A DNA stretch of 63,318 nt, the filler included, from Octopus bimaculoides (Eukaryota), in assembly GCF_001194135.2 (NCBI RefSeq). It is 4 parts of 4 records of this genome, joined end to end, with 100 filler letters (N's around TTAATTAATTAA, not from the genome) between each part and the next. Parts side by side here need not be neighbours in the genome. Positions count along the whole stretch, not along the records: positions 24,888 to 55,977 come from NC_068991.1; 3 more parts are not named here. One strand, 5' to 3'. Both the position numbers and the translations under genes were made by a program. The notes under the pieces were generated by a model. It did not search any database. It was given only the letters and a program-made list of their open reading frames with translations, and was not told the origin of the DNA. Shown here one piece after another: positions 39,103 to 51,385 of this stretch; position 1 is the first letter of the stretch, and every line of letters starts with the position of its first letter.

Positions 39103-39925
39103 TTGGTTAAAGGTTACCTGGATAGTCTTTGCTGTGAAAATGAATCAATACAATTCTTGTAAATTTTCAAGACTTACAGCTTAGATCTTTCATAATTTGT
39201 ATCCTTGACTGTTACGTACATTATGCAAGAATGACTTCCCCCTCCATTGTATGTTGTGTGTGTTGGTCATGGAATGGTTTTCCCTNNNNNNNNNNNNNNN
39301 NNNNNNNNNNNNNNNNNNNNNNNNNNNNNNNNNNNNNNNNNNNNNNNNNNNNNNNNNNNNNNNNNNNNNNNNNNNNNNNNNNNNNNNNNNNNNNNNNNNN
39401 NNNNNNNNNNNNNNNNNNNNNNNNNNNNNNNNNNNNNNNNNNNNNNNNNNNNNNNNNNNNNNNNNNNNNNNNNNNNNNNNNNNNNNNNNNNNNNNNNNNN
39501 NNNNNNNNNNNNNNNNNNNNNNNNNNNNNNNNNNNNNNNNNNNNNNNNNNNNNNNNNNNNNNNNNNNNNNNNNNNNNNNNNNNNNNNNNNNNNNNNNNNN
39601 NNNNNNNNNNNNNNNNNNNNNNNNNNNNNNNNNNNNNNNNNNNNNNNNNNNNNNNNNNNNNNNNNNNNNNNNNNNNNNNNNNNNNNNNNNNNNNNNNNNN
39701 NNNNNNNNNNNNNNNNNNNNNNNNNNNNNNNNNNNNNNNNNNNNNNNNNNNNNNNNNNNNNNNNNNNNNNNNNNNNNNNNNNNNNNNNNNNNNNNNNNNN
39801 NNNNNNNNNNNNNNNNNNNNNNNNNNNNNNNNNNNNNNNNNNNNNNNNNNNNNNNNNNNNNNNNNNNNNNNNNNNNNNNNNNNNNNNNNNNNNNNNNNNN
39901 NNNNNNNNNNNNNNACAGACGGACA

Positions 39926-39967
<42 letters not shown>

Positions 39968-40474
39968 CACACATATATATATATACATATATATAAACAA
40001 AATATTGCAATACAAATGTATTACTTTCTAGTAAAATAAAGCACCGTAAAGGTAGAAGTATAAATATAAATATAGATTAGTGGTACAGCAAGGTACCAAT
40101 ATTCACTGGAAATAGCAGTCGATACAAATACAACGCTATAATAAAGCTTCCCTGCGTATATACTGGCAAAGCTTTCAGGCGAGTATACTAGCAATGATGT
40201 AGCAACATTTGAAATATTGTCTAGGTAAATGCAGCTGATGAAGACTGATCAAATTGACGTTGACAAACGTATTTGAAGAATCAGAAATTACTCCAGCACT
40301 ATCCGATTCTGGGTTTTTCATTTATCGAATGTTCTTCCCAGAGGTAAGACAAATTTTTCATGCTTGTTACACTCACACGTTTTGCCAGTATATACACAGT
40401 AAAGCTTTATTATAGCGTCGTAATAGTATCGACTGCTATTTCCAGTGAATATTGGTACCTTGTTGTACCAGTCA

Positions 40475-40511
<37 letters not shown>

Positions 40512-40689
40512 GAACAGATACACACATATACACAGGGAGAAGAGGTGGGTGAGAGAAAGAGGATAGAGAGACTGAAATTTTTGTTTTCAAGATCATTCGT
40601 TATTACATAAATCAGTTTTTGTTTGATGGCTTCTAAACATTTTCCTCGTCCTACTGTTGTTATTTTATAGCAGTTTTCTATTTGTATCA

Positions 40690-41070
40690 GACCCCTTTAT
40701 CCTCGCTTTCTAAGTAGGTGTATTCTCTCTATTTATACCAACTATAAACAGACAGTTTCAGAACAGTATTAGTAGATTCCTTGTTTTTTCTAAGTTTTTC
40801 AATCCACTTCGCTATCGTCTATAACCGGGATGGTTTGTGTATTTATATCTATTTGTTTCTTATCCAGTTTTTAATATTTTTGTGACTAATCTGTACTACT
40901 CTGTTCTAATATTAGTCTTCCTATTCCTAAGTATTTGTTTAGGTGGTTCTAGTCTAATTCTCTGATTTTGATGTCTGTATCAAATTTAATGTGCTCACTT
41001 TTAGATAATTTCCGCTTCTTATTGTAGATTTGCAATCTTTCTTTAATTCTAAACTCATTTTCGTATCTTG
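40690..41070 (-). mobile_element. Degenerate RLE LINE RT-thumb fragment
   Basis: KRKLSKSEHIKFDTDIKIRELD*NHLNKYLGI (cf. RGKL..TENIELD.DT.IRELE....YKYLGI). Confidence 0.6.
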
Positions 41071-41099
41071 GATGAATTTATCTTTTATCTTTTATTTGT

Positions 41100-41250
41100 T
41101 TCAGTCATTAGACTGCGACCGTGCTGGGGCACCGCTTTGGAGATTTTTTTAAAGCCTGGTACTTAGTCTATCGGTCTCTTTTGTTGAACCGATAGGTTAC
41201 GGGGACGTAAACACACCAACATCGGTTGTTAAGCGGTGGTGGAAGACAAA
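41100..41250 (-). mobile_element. SINE 3' part (second family)
   Basis: tttcagtcattagactgcgaccgtgctggggcaccgc...acaccaacatcggttgttaagcg. Confidence 0.75.
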
Positions 41251-41792
41251 CACAGACACAAAGATACACAAACTCTCTCTCTCACACACACACACACTCA
41301 CACACACACACACACACTCACACACACACACACACACACACAAACTCACACACATATACAACGATAGAGAATACGGAAACTTGTAAATCCTCGAAATTTA
41401 ATTCCTTTTATTTTATAATGTCATACAGCATATTTTATGATTACGACGACCTACACGTGTTTCCACTGCACAGAGTATGAAGAGTTGCATATGCAACCGG
41501 GCATAATTTTCTATGCAGCTTCGTTCAGGGTCTTTCAACCAGTTTGGCTCGAAGTGGACTCAGGATGTACCAGTCTCCATATTCTCTATCATTATAATCA
41601 TTGCAAATATACTCTCCAGATAGTGAAGCAAACACGCAATTACCCATCGGAGGAATTTACAGCGTGAGTGACAACTTCTGGTAGTCATAAACGTTACAAG
41701 GGACAGTATTTTGTGGGATGCGCTTAGCCGTAACCTGGAACATAACTGAGAGCTACCAGGGTATCCGCCCGGATAATATATCTCTCTAAACT

Positions 41793-41844
<52 letters not shown>

Positions 41845-41848
<4 letters not shown>

Positions 41849-42008
41849 ACGGACTTCTTTCAGTTTCCGTCTACTAAATCCACTCACAATGCTTTGGTTG
41901 GTCTGAGGCTATAGTAGAAGACACACTCTCAAGGTGCCACGCAGTGGAACTGAACCCGAAACCATGTGGTTGAGAACCAAAATTTTCTTACCACACAGTC
42001 ACGCCTGT
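41845..42008 (-). mobile_element. tRNA-derived SINE head and core
   Basis: ttctttcagtttccgtctactaaatccactcac...gaactgaacccgaaaccatgtggttg. Confidence 0.8.
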
Positions 42009-42249
42009 ACCTATATATGGACAGTTTTTTATAGATTTCCTACAAAATACTGTCCCAACTATTATCATTATTACTATAGATGTTGTTGTTGTTACTACTA
42101 CTACTACTACTACTACTATACTTGTGTTATTGATGTTGCTGCAGCGGTAGCAACATCAATAACAACAACAACAGCAACGATAACAACAGCAACAGCAGCT
42201 GCAAGAACAAGAATGACGATGACGACAGAGTAAGCGGTGGTGGGAGGAC

Positions 42250-43150
42250 CCCGTGGGCAGGCAATCCTTTGTTGGGGTGGCTGTAAAATCAACGCAATAC
42301 TTCTTGCTCTCTGTAAGTGACAAGGAAGACGACACAGCTTGTGAAGTTCAGAGGGAGGAAAGTACAAATTGCCATCCCAGCCGATGTTTTGGTAGCAACA
42401 GCTCGGAAGACGGTGGTGTATCACTGTGTTTCCGTTAAAACCCTAAGCAGCAACATTTGGTAAGTTGGAAAGAGCTCTGAAAGAAATTCGGACAGATGTA
42501 GGTATGCAAGCAGCACAAGGCAGTTCAGGAGCGTGGGGATCCTCTTCAAAAGCGAAGCCCTCGCGCTGAATCACTCCACAGCTCCTATACGCGACAGGGA
42601 ATTTATCCTCAACTCAACATATTCAGAGAGAAGGAGCTGTTATACCAAGATAGAGGGAGTTCCATCTTGGTTGGACATCTGGTAGCTGTTAGCCTGTATC
42701 AGTTTGGCATGAAAACAATGAAGAGAGACGGTCAGGGACCACAGTGGAGATCCTTCTCCAAATGAAACCGGATGTACAAAAGATACCAGACTTTATCCAC
42801 CTGCCCAATGGAGTGGAGTTATTTGCTACGGTTGAAGATGTTACTTGCGTTGTACTGAAAGCTGCTTTAAAGTCGTTTGTCCTCAACAAAAAAGTAAGAG
42901 AGATGATGCCCCTACAACTGCCGACACCACATCCCCAACAACTACAGCAACATACAACAGTAACACCAACATCATCAACATCATCATCATCAGCAGCAGC
43001 AGTAGCAGCAACGAAGGGAACAAGAAAGACAACAGCAACACCAACGCCAACAAGTGAAGCATCAGCAAGAGGAGCAACAGAAATTACGACACCCACAACA
43101 GAACCAAAACCCGCTGCACAGGAAATACTCCCACCTAACACTTTCTTTAT
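42250..43150 (+). mobile_element. Degenerate non-LTR ORF1 (gag-like) relic
   Basis: Frameshifted TKIEGVPSWLDI...VEILLQMKPDVQKIPDFIHLPNGVELFATVE, then a Q/T/A-rich tract; homologous to 59250-60110. Confidence 0.45.
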
Positions 43151-43197
43151 CACTTTCTCCCTCCTTCTCCTTCTCCCTTTATCTCTCTTTCTCCTCC

Positions 43198-43229
<32 letters not shown>

Positions 43230-43449
43230 TTCTCTCTCTCTCCATTCTTCAAGTATAAACACACATGGATTCATACAGATACACATATTAACTCCCGCCC
43301 GCATCGGATCTTTGGAAGTATATTGTGAGGAGGGGCAGCTAAGTAAATAAAAATCAATTCACAAAGCATCATATACTCGCTGCATTTGTTGAAAATAAAG
43401 GTTAACGTTCACAGTCTAACTATCTGAGACAAGCTCAAAGTGCAAGACC

Positions 43450-43960
43450 CCCATCATTCCACTAAACACACAACATGCCTTCTGTTTAAACCGCCCCTAT
43501 TTGATAACAGGTTCAGGAGCCTCTCCTAGGATTACGAAAATAGACATATTTTTTCATCCCCAGTTACAATTCAACGCCAAAAAAAGGGCATATCGGGAAT
43601 CTACCAGCAGCTGCTTGCAAATGTTCACACATGGTTGAGGCTGGTCATTGGCCAGTTCATGAGGAACTACTCGACAGCGCCTGTTCACGCGGCCGAGTTT
43701 ATGGAGGTATCGATTGAGGGTGCTTTATGAAGGACCAAATTCTTCTGACACTGTGCGAATGCTTAGGCATGACTGTTGTTCAATCATTTCACCTTCCTTG
43801 AAACATCTAAACCAGTTTTGTTCCCCATATTCGTTGACAGTTTCTGAGTCTTCCACGTCATTAATTCCTTTTGCCCCTGCCCTTGCACTCAGTCCTTTTT
43901 TCACACAGGTAGCGTAAAAGGGCACTAATTTCAATTTTTTTTACCACTCATTATGAAAGC
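43450..43960 (-). mobile_element. Degenerate mariner transposase N-terminal half
   Basis: KKGLSARAGAKGINDVEDSETVNEYGEQNWFRCFKEG (HTH) and STLNRYLHKLG. Confidence 0.65.
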
Positions 43961-44257
43961 TGTAAAATAAAGATTAAACAGTTAATATTTATATATTATA
44001 TACGAAAATGAAGAACAAACAATTCAGCAACAATTGGACAAGTTGAATCAAATTAATGATATTACACGGAGATACAAGCTGCCAAAATTCTCAGTAAAAA
44101 TTCGAAAAACTTTTGACTCAATCTGGTATATTTATATACATATATTTGATGTTCGTTTTCCTATCCAGTTATAATAAAAAATGTATATTAATCTTATATA
44201 GTTAATCTAATTTTGTAGAGCACAAATTTATTATTCTTAAAAAAGAATATTATCAAT

Positions 44258-44338
44258 AGTGACTTCGGAGTTTCGGCTAGTTAAGCCATCACCAGACAGC
44301 CCGACAATGGTTTAACTAGTCGAAACTTCAAAGTCACT
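44258..44338. ncRNA. Head-to-head pair of minimal type I hammerhead-ribozyme motifs (31-bp inverted arms)
   Basis: Minus strand: GT-CTGGTGA-T-GGCTtaactAGCC-GAAA-CTccgaAG-TC-AC (one core change from CUGANGA). Plus strand: CCGACAA-T-GGTTtaactAGTC-GAAA-CTtcaaAG-TC-AC. Confidence 0.65.
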
Positions 44339-44361
44339 TTCGATAGTATTCCTGTTTAAGA

Positions 44362-44425
<64 letters not shown>

Positions 44426-44894
44426 AGATATATATACATATATACATACACACATGATTATATATTCTGAGTATTCCAATGGATCATAATGTAATCCTTC
44501 TATTGTCCTTTTGTGCACCCTGATGATTTTCCATCCAAGGTATTATAAATGCATTATATATTTATATATGTTTTGTAATTTTGGTTGTGAAATGAAACAA
44601 TTGTAGATTAATATATTAATTCATAAATTAATTTGTATTCATTAGATCTCTCCGTTTTCAAGCATTAATATTTGATATTTTTATGATATTTTATATAATG
44701 TATTTATTGAAGAAATATCTCTACAAAATACAATATATTAAACCAGTTTAAGACTGAGTAGGGACATTAGTTCCCTCGTTCGAGGTGTATGGACGCAGTT
44801 GTGCGTCGATAGCCAGTTGGAAAAGATGTTTTTCTAGAGCTACAAAGGTAGTAACACCGTCCTAATGAGGACTGCCACTTTAAAATAACAGCTA

Positions 44895-45115
44895 GGTCGG
44901 TGAGCTAGCACAATCGTTAGCTCGCCAGACAAAATGCTTACCAGCATTTCGTCCGTCTTTGCGTTCTGAGTTCAAATCCAGCCAAAGTCGACTTTGCCTT
45001 TCATCATTTCCGGGTCGGTAAAATAAGTACCATTTGAGCCCTGGGGTCGATTTAATGGACTTAGCACCCCCCCCCCCGAACTTGTTGGTCTTGTGCCAAA
45101 GTTTAAAAGCAGTAT
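44895..45115 (+). mobile_element. tRNA-derived SINE with Nin/Ceph-like core (fourth family)
   Basis: ctgagttcaaatcc B box, then tttgcctttcatcatttccgggtcggtaaaataagtacc...ggggtcgat. Confidence 0.75.
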
Positions 45116-45603
45116 TATATCTATATATAAAAAGATAAATAAATATTATATTATCAAATCTATAAATATTCTGTTGATAGCTATGCATGTATGCTTGTAT
45201 ATGTATATACATATACACCTGTACACACACACACACACATACATATACACATCTTTAATATTGCTGCTTGTCTTCGCTGATATATATATATATATATATG
45301 TGTGTATATATAAATTTTCTCGTTCTTTCGATGTCGCTATTATAACATTTTGTTATTAATACTGTTGTCGACATTGTCCATATTGTTGCCTTTGTTATTA
45401 TGTTATTTTTATTGTTGTTTTTGTTCATATATATGCTGCCGTGGCAGCCTCTGTTGTTTTTTGAAGAGAACACATTTCTGAATGTAATATAGTGTGTGGA
45501 ATGACGCTGGCCCAAGATTCACGAATCTGAGGACTCGTTTTCGCGAAGCAAACTTTTTAACCATTCGACCATACTGCACCTACACATACATACATATGTA
45601 TTT

Positions 45604-45820
45604 CGAGGCGGGGCTGATAAGTTCCTGGCTTTAAGGGTATCGCGAAAGGCCTCGTTGGAGGCCCGACCTTCAGAGTTCTTTTACAAGGCTTAGAAAAACT
45701 GAAGGACCGCTGCAATAAGTGTATAAATCTGAGAGGGGAATAAGCTGAATAAAATTATAATTAACTGATCATCATGTATTTTCTTTTACCTAAAGTTCGG
45801 AATTTTTCAGCACCTTCTCG
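45604..45820 (+). mobile_element. Mariner-derived MITE
   Basis: TIR cgaggcggggctgataagttcctggcttt; retains the transposase C-terminus LQGLEKLKDRCNKCINLRGE; homologous to 23896-24111. Confidence 0.8.
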
Positions 45821-46485
45821 CATACAAACAAATATATGTATGTGCGCCCATATTCGTTGTTATTTTTCCTGAGATGCATGTAACACGGCCGAATTCCACA
45901 GCTATTTACGTGATCAACTATTTATATGACTCAGTCTTTGGACGTGGAGTAGCACGCATAAAACTGCGCAGTATATTTAGTGTCAATCCTGTACAAGGAT
46001 TTCCCACTAATCTATAAACAAACTACATTAACACAATATAGGTTAGGCTATACCTCACTTGACCTTTTTATATTCACCTGCAGGTGTGTCTATCTAAATT
46101 TAGTAATGTTTTCTATAAAACTAAATAAATTGAAATCTTATCCACATTTCTTGCCTGCAGGTATATGCCTCTTCTTCTGTCCCCCTCCTTCCCTCTCTCT
46201 CTCTTACTCTCCTCTCTCCCTGTCTCTCTATCCCCTCTCTCTCTTTCTCTAAACATACACACACACACATACACACTCGATTTTGGAATTGCGAAACACG
46301 TACTCAGTATATATTGTAGAGTTTATTAATGTAATCGAAAATCAAGGCATTCCTCAGTCGTTATTTTTGTTTCGGATATATAAACATCGATATTGTAATA
46401 TATATAAATGTGTGTGTATGTGCGTGTGTGTGTGTGTGCGTATGTGTCTGTATGTGTGTGCATGTGTCTATTATGTGTATGTATA

Positions 46486-46519
<34 letters not shown>

Positions 46520-46533
46520 TAGATAGATAGATT

Positions 46534-46570
<37 letters not shown>

Positions 46571-46619
46571 ATTCAAGGTGAATATGGTACTTTAAGTTTA
46601 GGCACCAGAATTAAGTATG

Positions 46620-47110
46620 GTATTATCCAAATAATTCCAAAATAAGGATGAGCTCCGCTGCACTCTGACAATGAGATACATTTCCTTGGTAACCTTGTGG
46701 TCATTAGTGTTCATCAGAATCTGGGAGTCCGTAGAGACCCCACTGGATCACATGCTATTATGGGTCACCAACGCCTTACCACATACTCTCTTGCTATTCA
46801 AAAGTGGCAACAAATACAAGGGTTAACCCATGCACTGCTAGTAGAGTGTGTAACACACTAGCTCTATCGAGTCTTCTCGGCTGATTCTCGACCTTAAAGA
46901 CGATGAAAGAACACATCCGGCCACATATTGGGCAAAGCTCCTTACAACTTCTTTCCCGATAGCATATAGGCTTCCCCATCGCTTTTTGTAAAATAGAAGT
47001 ATGTTCCCTTTCTCTTCGCCTTTTCCTGGATAAATTCAATGTCTTTGTCACGAATTCTACGCTTCTACCTTCCCTTGGAGTTGACCGATATTTAGTCATG
47101 TGTTTTCGCT
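46620..47110 (-). mobile_element. Possible degenerate L1/Tx1-like APE-domain fragment
   Basis: CPICGRMCSFIVFKV..RRLDRASV resembles an endonuclease-region relic; weak. Confidence 0.3.
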
Positions 47111-47529
47111 AGCAACACTTGCAAGCAATGAGTTGCTGCTGTTAATGGTGCTTTTGTTGATGCCATTTGCGACTACGTTTTTGACCCGTCAAAGTTTTAC
47201 TGTCAGTGTTGGTAAGTGGGTCTGTTTAATTGTCAGTTTTTTTTCTGTTTAATATTCTTTTCTTTTAATCTGTTTTGTCTTTTCAACAATTTCAAAAGTC
47301 AAACAAATTCGCGAGAGTTTTTATGTATCCGCCACCGCCACCGCCACCAGACGTGACCATACTGAACCATTAATAAATGATGTTTATAAAAATATGTGAA
47401 TACAAAGTCAAAGGAAAAGTCGACAACGGTAGAATGTGAATTGAGAACGTAAAGAACAGTAAGAAATGTCGCTGAGACTTTAGTGCGACGTACAAATGTG
47501 TCTGCCAACTCGGCTTCTTAATAATAACA

Positions 47530-47830
47530 GTCCCAGATCATAAGAAAGTTAATATGAGAAGCATAGAGAAAATAGAGAAAAAAGCAAAATACCAGGACCT
47601 AGCCATACCTGCGCTATGGAAAGCGCGGGTAAAATGTATTCCTGTAATTATAAGTGCATTAGGAATTATCCCTAAAGATTTGAACAGATGGATAGAAAAA
47701 ATAAGTATAAAACTTAGTTTAGTGCAGCTCCAGAAAACAGTATTATTAGGGACAGTTAAGATACTTAGGAAGGTTCTTGGCGTCTGAGGTTACCTGTTGT
47801 AGCTCGATGTTAGGAATTTTTCTTTTCTAA
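47530..47830 (+). mobile_element. RLE LINE 3' fragment
   Basis: EKIEKKAKYQDLA..LWKARVKCIPVIISALGIIPKDL..QLQKTVLLGTVKILRKVLGV*. Confidence 0.8.
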
Positions 47831-47944
47831 CAGTTTAATCTGTTGTAACCTCAGTGGAAATTTAATTCACAGCATAAAGCCAGAAGAAAGACCGCTCAGC
47901 ATTTTGCCCGGCACCGGTAAGGATTCTGCCGTCTTGACGTTTTA

Positions 47945-48158
47945 ATAATCCTTTCTACTAAAGAAGCAAGGCCTGAAATTTTATGGGAGGGAACTAGTCA
48001 ATTACATCAACCCCAGTGTTTCGCTGGTAACTTTTATCTACTCCTAAAGGATAAAAGGCAAAGTTGACTTCGGTGGGATTTGAACTCAGAACGTAAAGAC
48101 GGACGAAATGATGCGAAGCATTTTGCCTGGTGAGTTAGCCATTCTTCCAGCTTGCCTC
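47945..48158 (-). mobile_element. Nin/Ceph-like SINE bounded by AAT runs
   Basis: Same family as 44895-45115, reverse orientation. Confidence 0.75.
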
Positions 48159-48159
48159 C

Positions 48160-48234
<75 letters not shown>

Positions 48235-48890
48235 GACCATCTCGTCTCGGGATGCCCTGTGCTGATACCAAACGAATACAAAAATCGCCATGATAGGGTA
48301 GGATAGTATTTACATTGGAAAATATGTAAACACTACAAAATCAATACTCCTGCTTACTGAGCCAGTCGTTGAAGGTAAAAATGTCACTAATCTCTGGCAT
48401 TTTCCTGTCAACACCGACAGAACGCTTCAGGCTAATCGACCAGACATATTCATTAAAGACAGGGGAAAAAATACTCCTAGACTAATAGATGTAAGTGTTC
48501 TCACTGATAAAAATATATCCGTAAAGGAATTTGACAAATTAAGTAAATATAAGGACCTGAAAATTGAAATACCAAAGAGGTGGCATCTTAAAGCGAGAAC
48601 TGTTCCTCTTATTGTGAGTACCCTAGGTATGATAAGAAAGGGATGTCAAAAACATCTAGATAATATCCCAGGAGAACCATGCCTCAGAGAAATCCAAAAG
48701 ATTGTGCTGACAAGTACTGTCTACGTCCTTAGAAAAACCCTATCAAATTACATGGAGACATTTCGCAACTGCCTTTGCTACTTCCCCTCCACAAACTTTC
48801 GGTCATACTGTAACATCTCTTATCCTTCACTAGGACGCTGGATGTCTCTCGGCAAGTGATTGTAACAAACATGCAGATTAAAAGTGAATA
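48235..48890 (+). mobile_element. RLE LINE 3' fragment between (AAT)n runs
   Basis: LWHFPVNTDRTLQANRPDIFIKD..LIDVSVLTDKNISVKEFDKLSKYKDLKIEI..VPLIVSTLG..IQKIVLTSTVYVLRKTL (PD..D.K endonuclease). Confidence 0.85.
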
Positions 48891-48914
48891 ATAATAATAA
48901 CAACAAAAACAACA

Positions 48915-49103
48915 ACAATAATAATGGTTTGCCACAAGAGCGGCAATTTTGGGATAAGAGATGAGTTCAACGTACTTATTTTATCGATGAAAGGACGAAA
49001 GGTAAATGCGACCTCGGCGGAATTTGAACTCAGAACATAAAGACGGGTGAAATATTGCTAAGCATTTAGTCCGGTGCACTAACGATTCTACCAACTTACC
49101 GCC

Positions 49104-49105
<2 letters not shown>
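48915..49105 (-). mobile_element. Nin/Ceph-like SINE bounded by AAT runs
   Basis: Same family; 5' end abuts (AAT)n at 49106-49180. Confidence 0.7.
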
Positions 49106-49180
<75 letters not shown>

Positions 49181-49555
49181 TTCATTTATTTGCCACAAGG
49201 GTGAAGCATGAGGGGGACAATACAAAGACAGACATAAAGCGTAGTGGGTTGGTTACATATAATGAAATGATTAAAAAAAAGTAAGCATACATGGTATACA
49301 TTGAAACAGAAGAGACATATGCATAGCATAAAAACGTTAAAAAAAAGGTGCGTAAGCGAAGATATAGACAAATGGCCGATATAGATTGGAATAGAACTTC
49401 TACGGAAAGTTTGTCTCTAGAGGACAGTAAAGATTATCAGGAGGTTTCTAAACAGTTGAAAGACTGCTGAAAACTCGTGGATACCTAAGGTTACAGGTAG
49501 TAACCCTCTACCTACATAACTCCTACCAGGAATAAGACCGAACCTGAGCCAAACC
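49181..49555 (-). mobile_element. 3' end of a CR1/L2-type LINE
   Basis: RQTFRRSSIP (cf. RTERY..SFIP), then UTR ending at ttcatttatttgccacaagg; a similar end occurs at 55865-55977. Confidence 0.4.
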
Positions 49556-49582
49556 AAAATAATAATAATAATTATAATAATA

Positions 49583-49797
49583 ATCCGTTCTACTAGGGGT
49601 ACAAGGACTGAAATTTTGGGGAGGGGCCTAGTCGATTACATCGACTCCAATGTTTTACTGGTATTTAATTTATCGACCCCCGAAAGGATGAAAAGCAAAT
49701 CGGCCTCAGGCGGAAATTGAACTCAGAACGTCGTGACGGGCGAAATACCGCTACACATTTCGTCCAACATGCTGACAATTCTACGAGCTTACCGCCT
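49583..49797 (-). mobile_element. Nin/Ceph-like SINE bounded by AAT runs
   Basis: Same family; (AAT)n on both sides. Confidence 0.75.
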
Positions 49798-50470
49798 TAA
49801 TAATAATAATAATAATAATAATGATATCTTACTCCGGCTCACCTACTTTATACACCCATCGACACACAGAAGGGAAGAAAATGAACATAAAAGTTTAAAA
49901 TTCTTTAAAAAACAATTGCAATAAATCTAAAATTAATAATAATGAAAAAAGAAAACCAGCATCTTCAGCTTATTTCGGTTATTGATTTTAATACACACTG
50001 AACAGTCTACTTCAGTTCACATTGTTTTTCATCGTTCACGTATGAAGAGAGTTCTGCAATTACTGACGTGGTGCTTGGAGAATCGCTAGGGCTTTTCTAT
50101 TTTTGGCAAAGACTTGTGGTTGCTGTAAAAATCAATAACCAACTGTCGAACATCGAATTGTTTTGGTTTCGTTTTCCAATTTCTCTACCTTTATGTATGC
50201 ATTTTCTGTTTATTTATTTATATTCTTTCGATATCTACTTTTCGTAGTATTAAATTAGTGAATAAAATCTAGTACATGAAAGCGTAAGTCAGAAAAAGAA
50301 ATTATATATATAATTTTGCCTTTTATATAAGAAACTATAATATATGTATAAATAATTTTTACCTGATATATATATGTGTGTGTGGAGGTATTATTTTTGC
50401 CTTACATATATATATATATATATTTAAATATATATATATATAAAAGGGCATTAACTGTGTATTAATACCT

Positions 50471-50757
50471 CACGCTATCGAGGGACTAAATAAGTCAAAA
50501 AACTACCAAAAATAAGTAACATATTTACCGAAAGCGAGGGAATGCAACTTTTCAAATTTTATCTCTTAAAAACATTTAACTCAACGGTAGACCACTGGTT
50601 TCTCAATCAAATACAGAAAAAACTGTGAAGTAACCTGTATTCTTTTGTTCATCAGTACACGTATGGTTAAGATATATAAAAATAAACAAGAATCAACCTA
50701 CCACGATGTTACTTATTTTTGGTAGTTTTTTTACTTATTTAGTCCCTCGATAGCGTG
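50471..50757. mobile_element. MITE with TIRs of at least 52 bp
   Basis: 50471-50522 versus 50706-50757, one mismatch; the right end runs into a gap. Confidence 0.85.
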
Positions 50758-51007
50758 NNNNNNNNNNNNNNNNNNNNNNNNNNNNNNNNNNNNNNNNNNN
50801 NNNNNNNNNNNNNNNNNNNNNNNNNNNNNNNNNNNNNNNNNNNNNNNNNNNNNNNNNNNNNNNNNNNNNNNNNNNNNNNNNNNNNNNNNNNNNNNNNNNN
50901 NNNNNNNNNNNNNNNNNNNNNNNNNNNNNNNNNNNNNNNNNNNNNNNNNNNNNNNNNNNNNNNNNNNNNNNNNNNNNNNNNNNNNNNNATATATATATAT
51001 ATATATA

Positions 51008-51385
51008 TAGGTGCAGGCGTGGCTGTGTAGTAAGAAGTTTGCTTCCTAACCACAAGGTTCTGGGTTCAGTCCCTGTACGTGGTAGCTTGCGCAGGTGTCT
51101 TCTACGTTACCCTCGGGCCGACTAAAGCATTGTGAGTGGATTTAGTAGACGGAAACCGAAAGCAGCCCGTTGTGTATATATGTACATGTGTTTGTTCCCA
51201 TCATCGCTTAACAAGCGATATTGGTGTGTTTACATCCATGTAACTTAGCGGTTCGGTAAAAGAGACCTTTGGGATAAGTACTTGGCTTACAAATAATAAG
51301 CCTTGGAGTCAATTTCTTCAACTAAAAGCTCCTTAAGGTGGTGCTCCAGAATTGCCGAAGTCAAATGACTGAAACAAGCAAACGA
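51008..51385 (+). mobile_element. Composite tRNA-derived SINE
   Basis: ggtgcaggcgtggctgtgtagtaagaag...ggttctgggttcagtcc head, core and second-family tail. Confidence 0.8.

Noticed and set aside
39200-39285. GKPFH/GKSF words suggesting a C2H2 zinc-finger gene
   Set aside because: No Cys/His spacing in a single frame, and the sequence runs into a gap.
44774-44872. Three short hairpins and a CTAATGAGG core-like word
   Set aside because: The stems are only 4-6 bp and no downstream GAAA is present; this is compatible with chance or TE debris.
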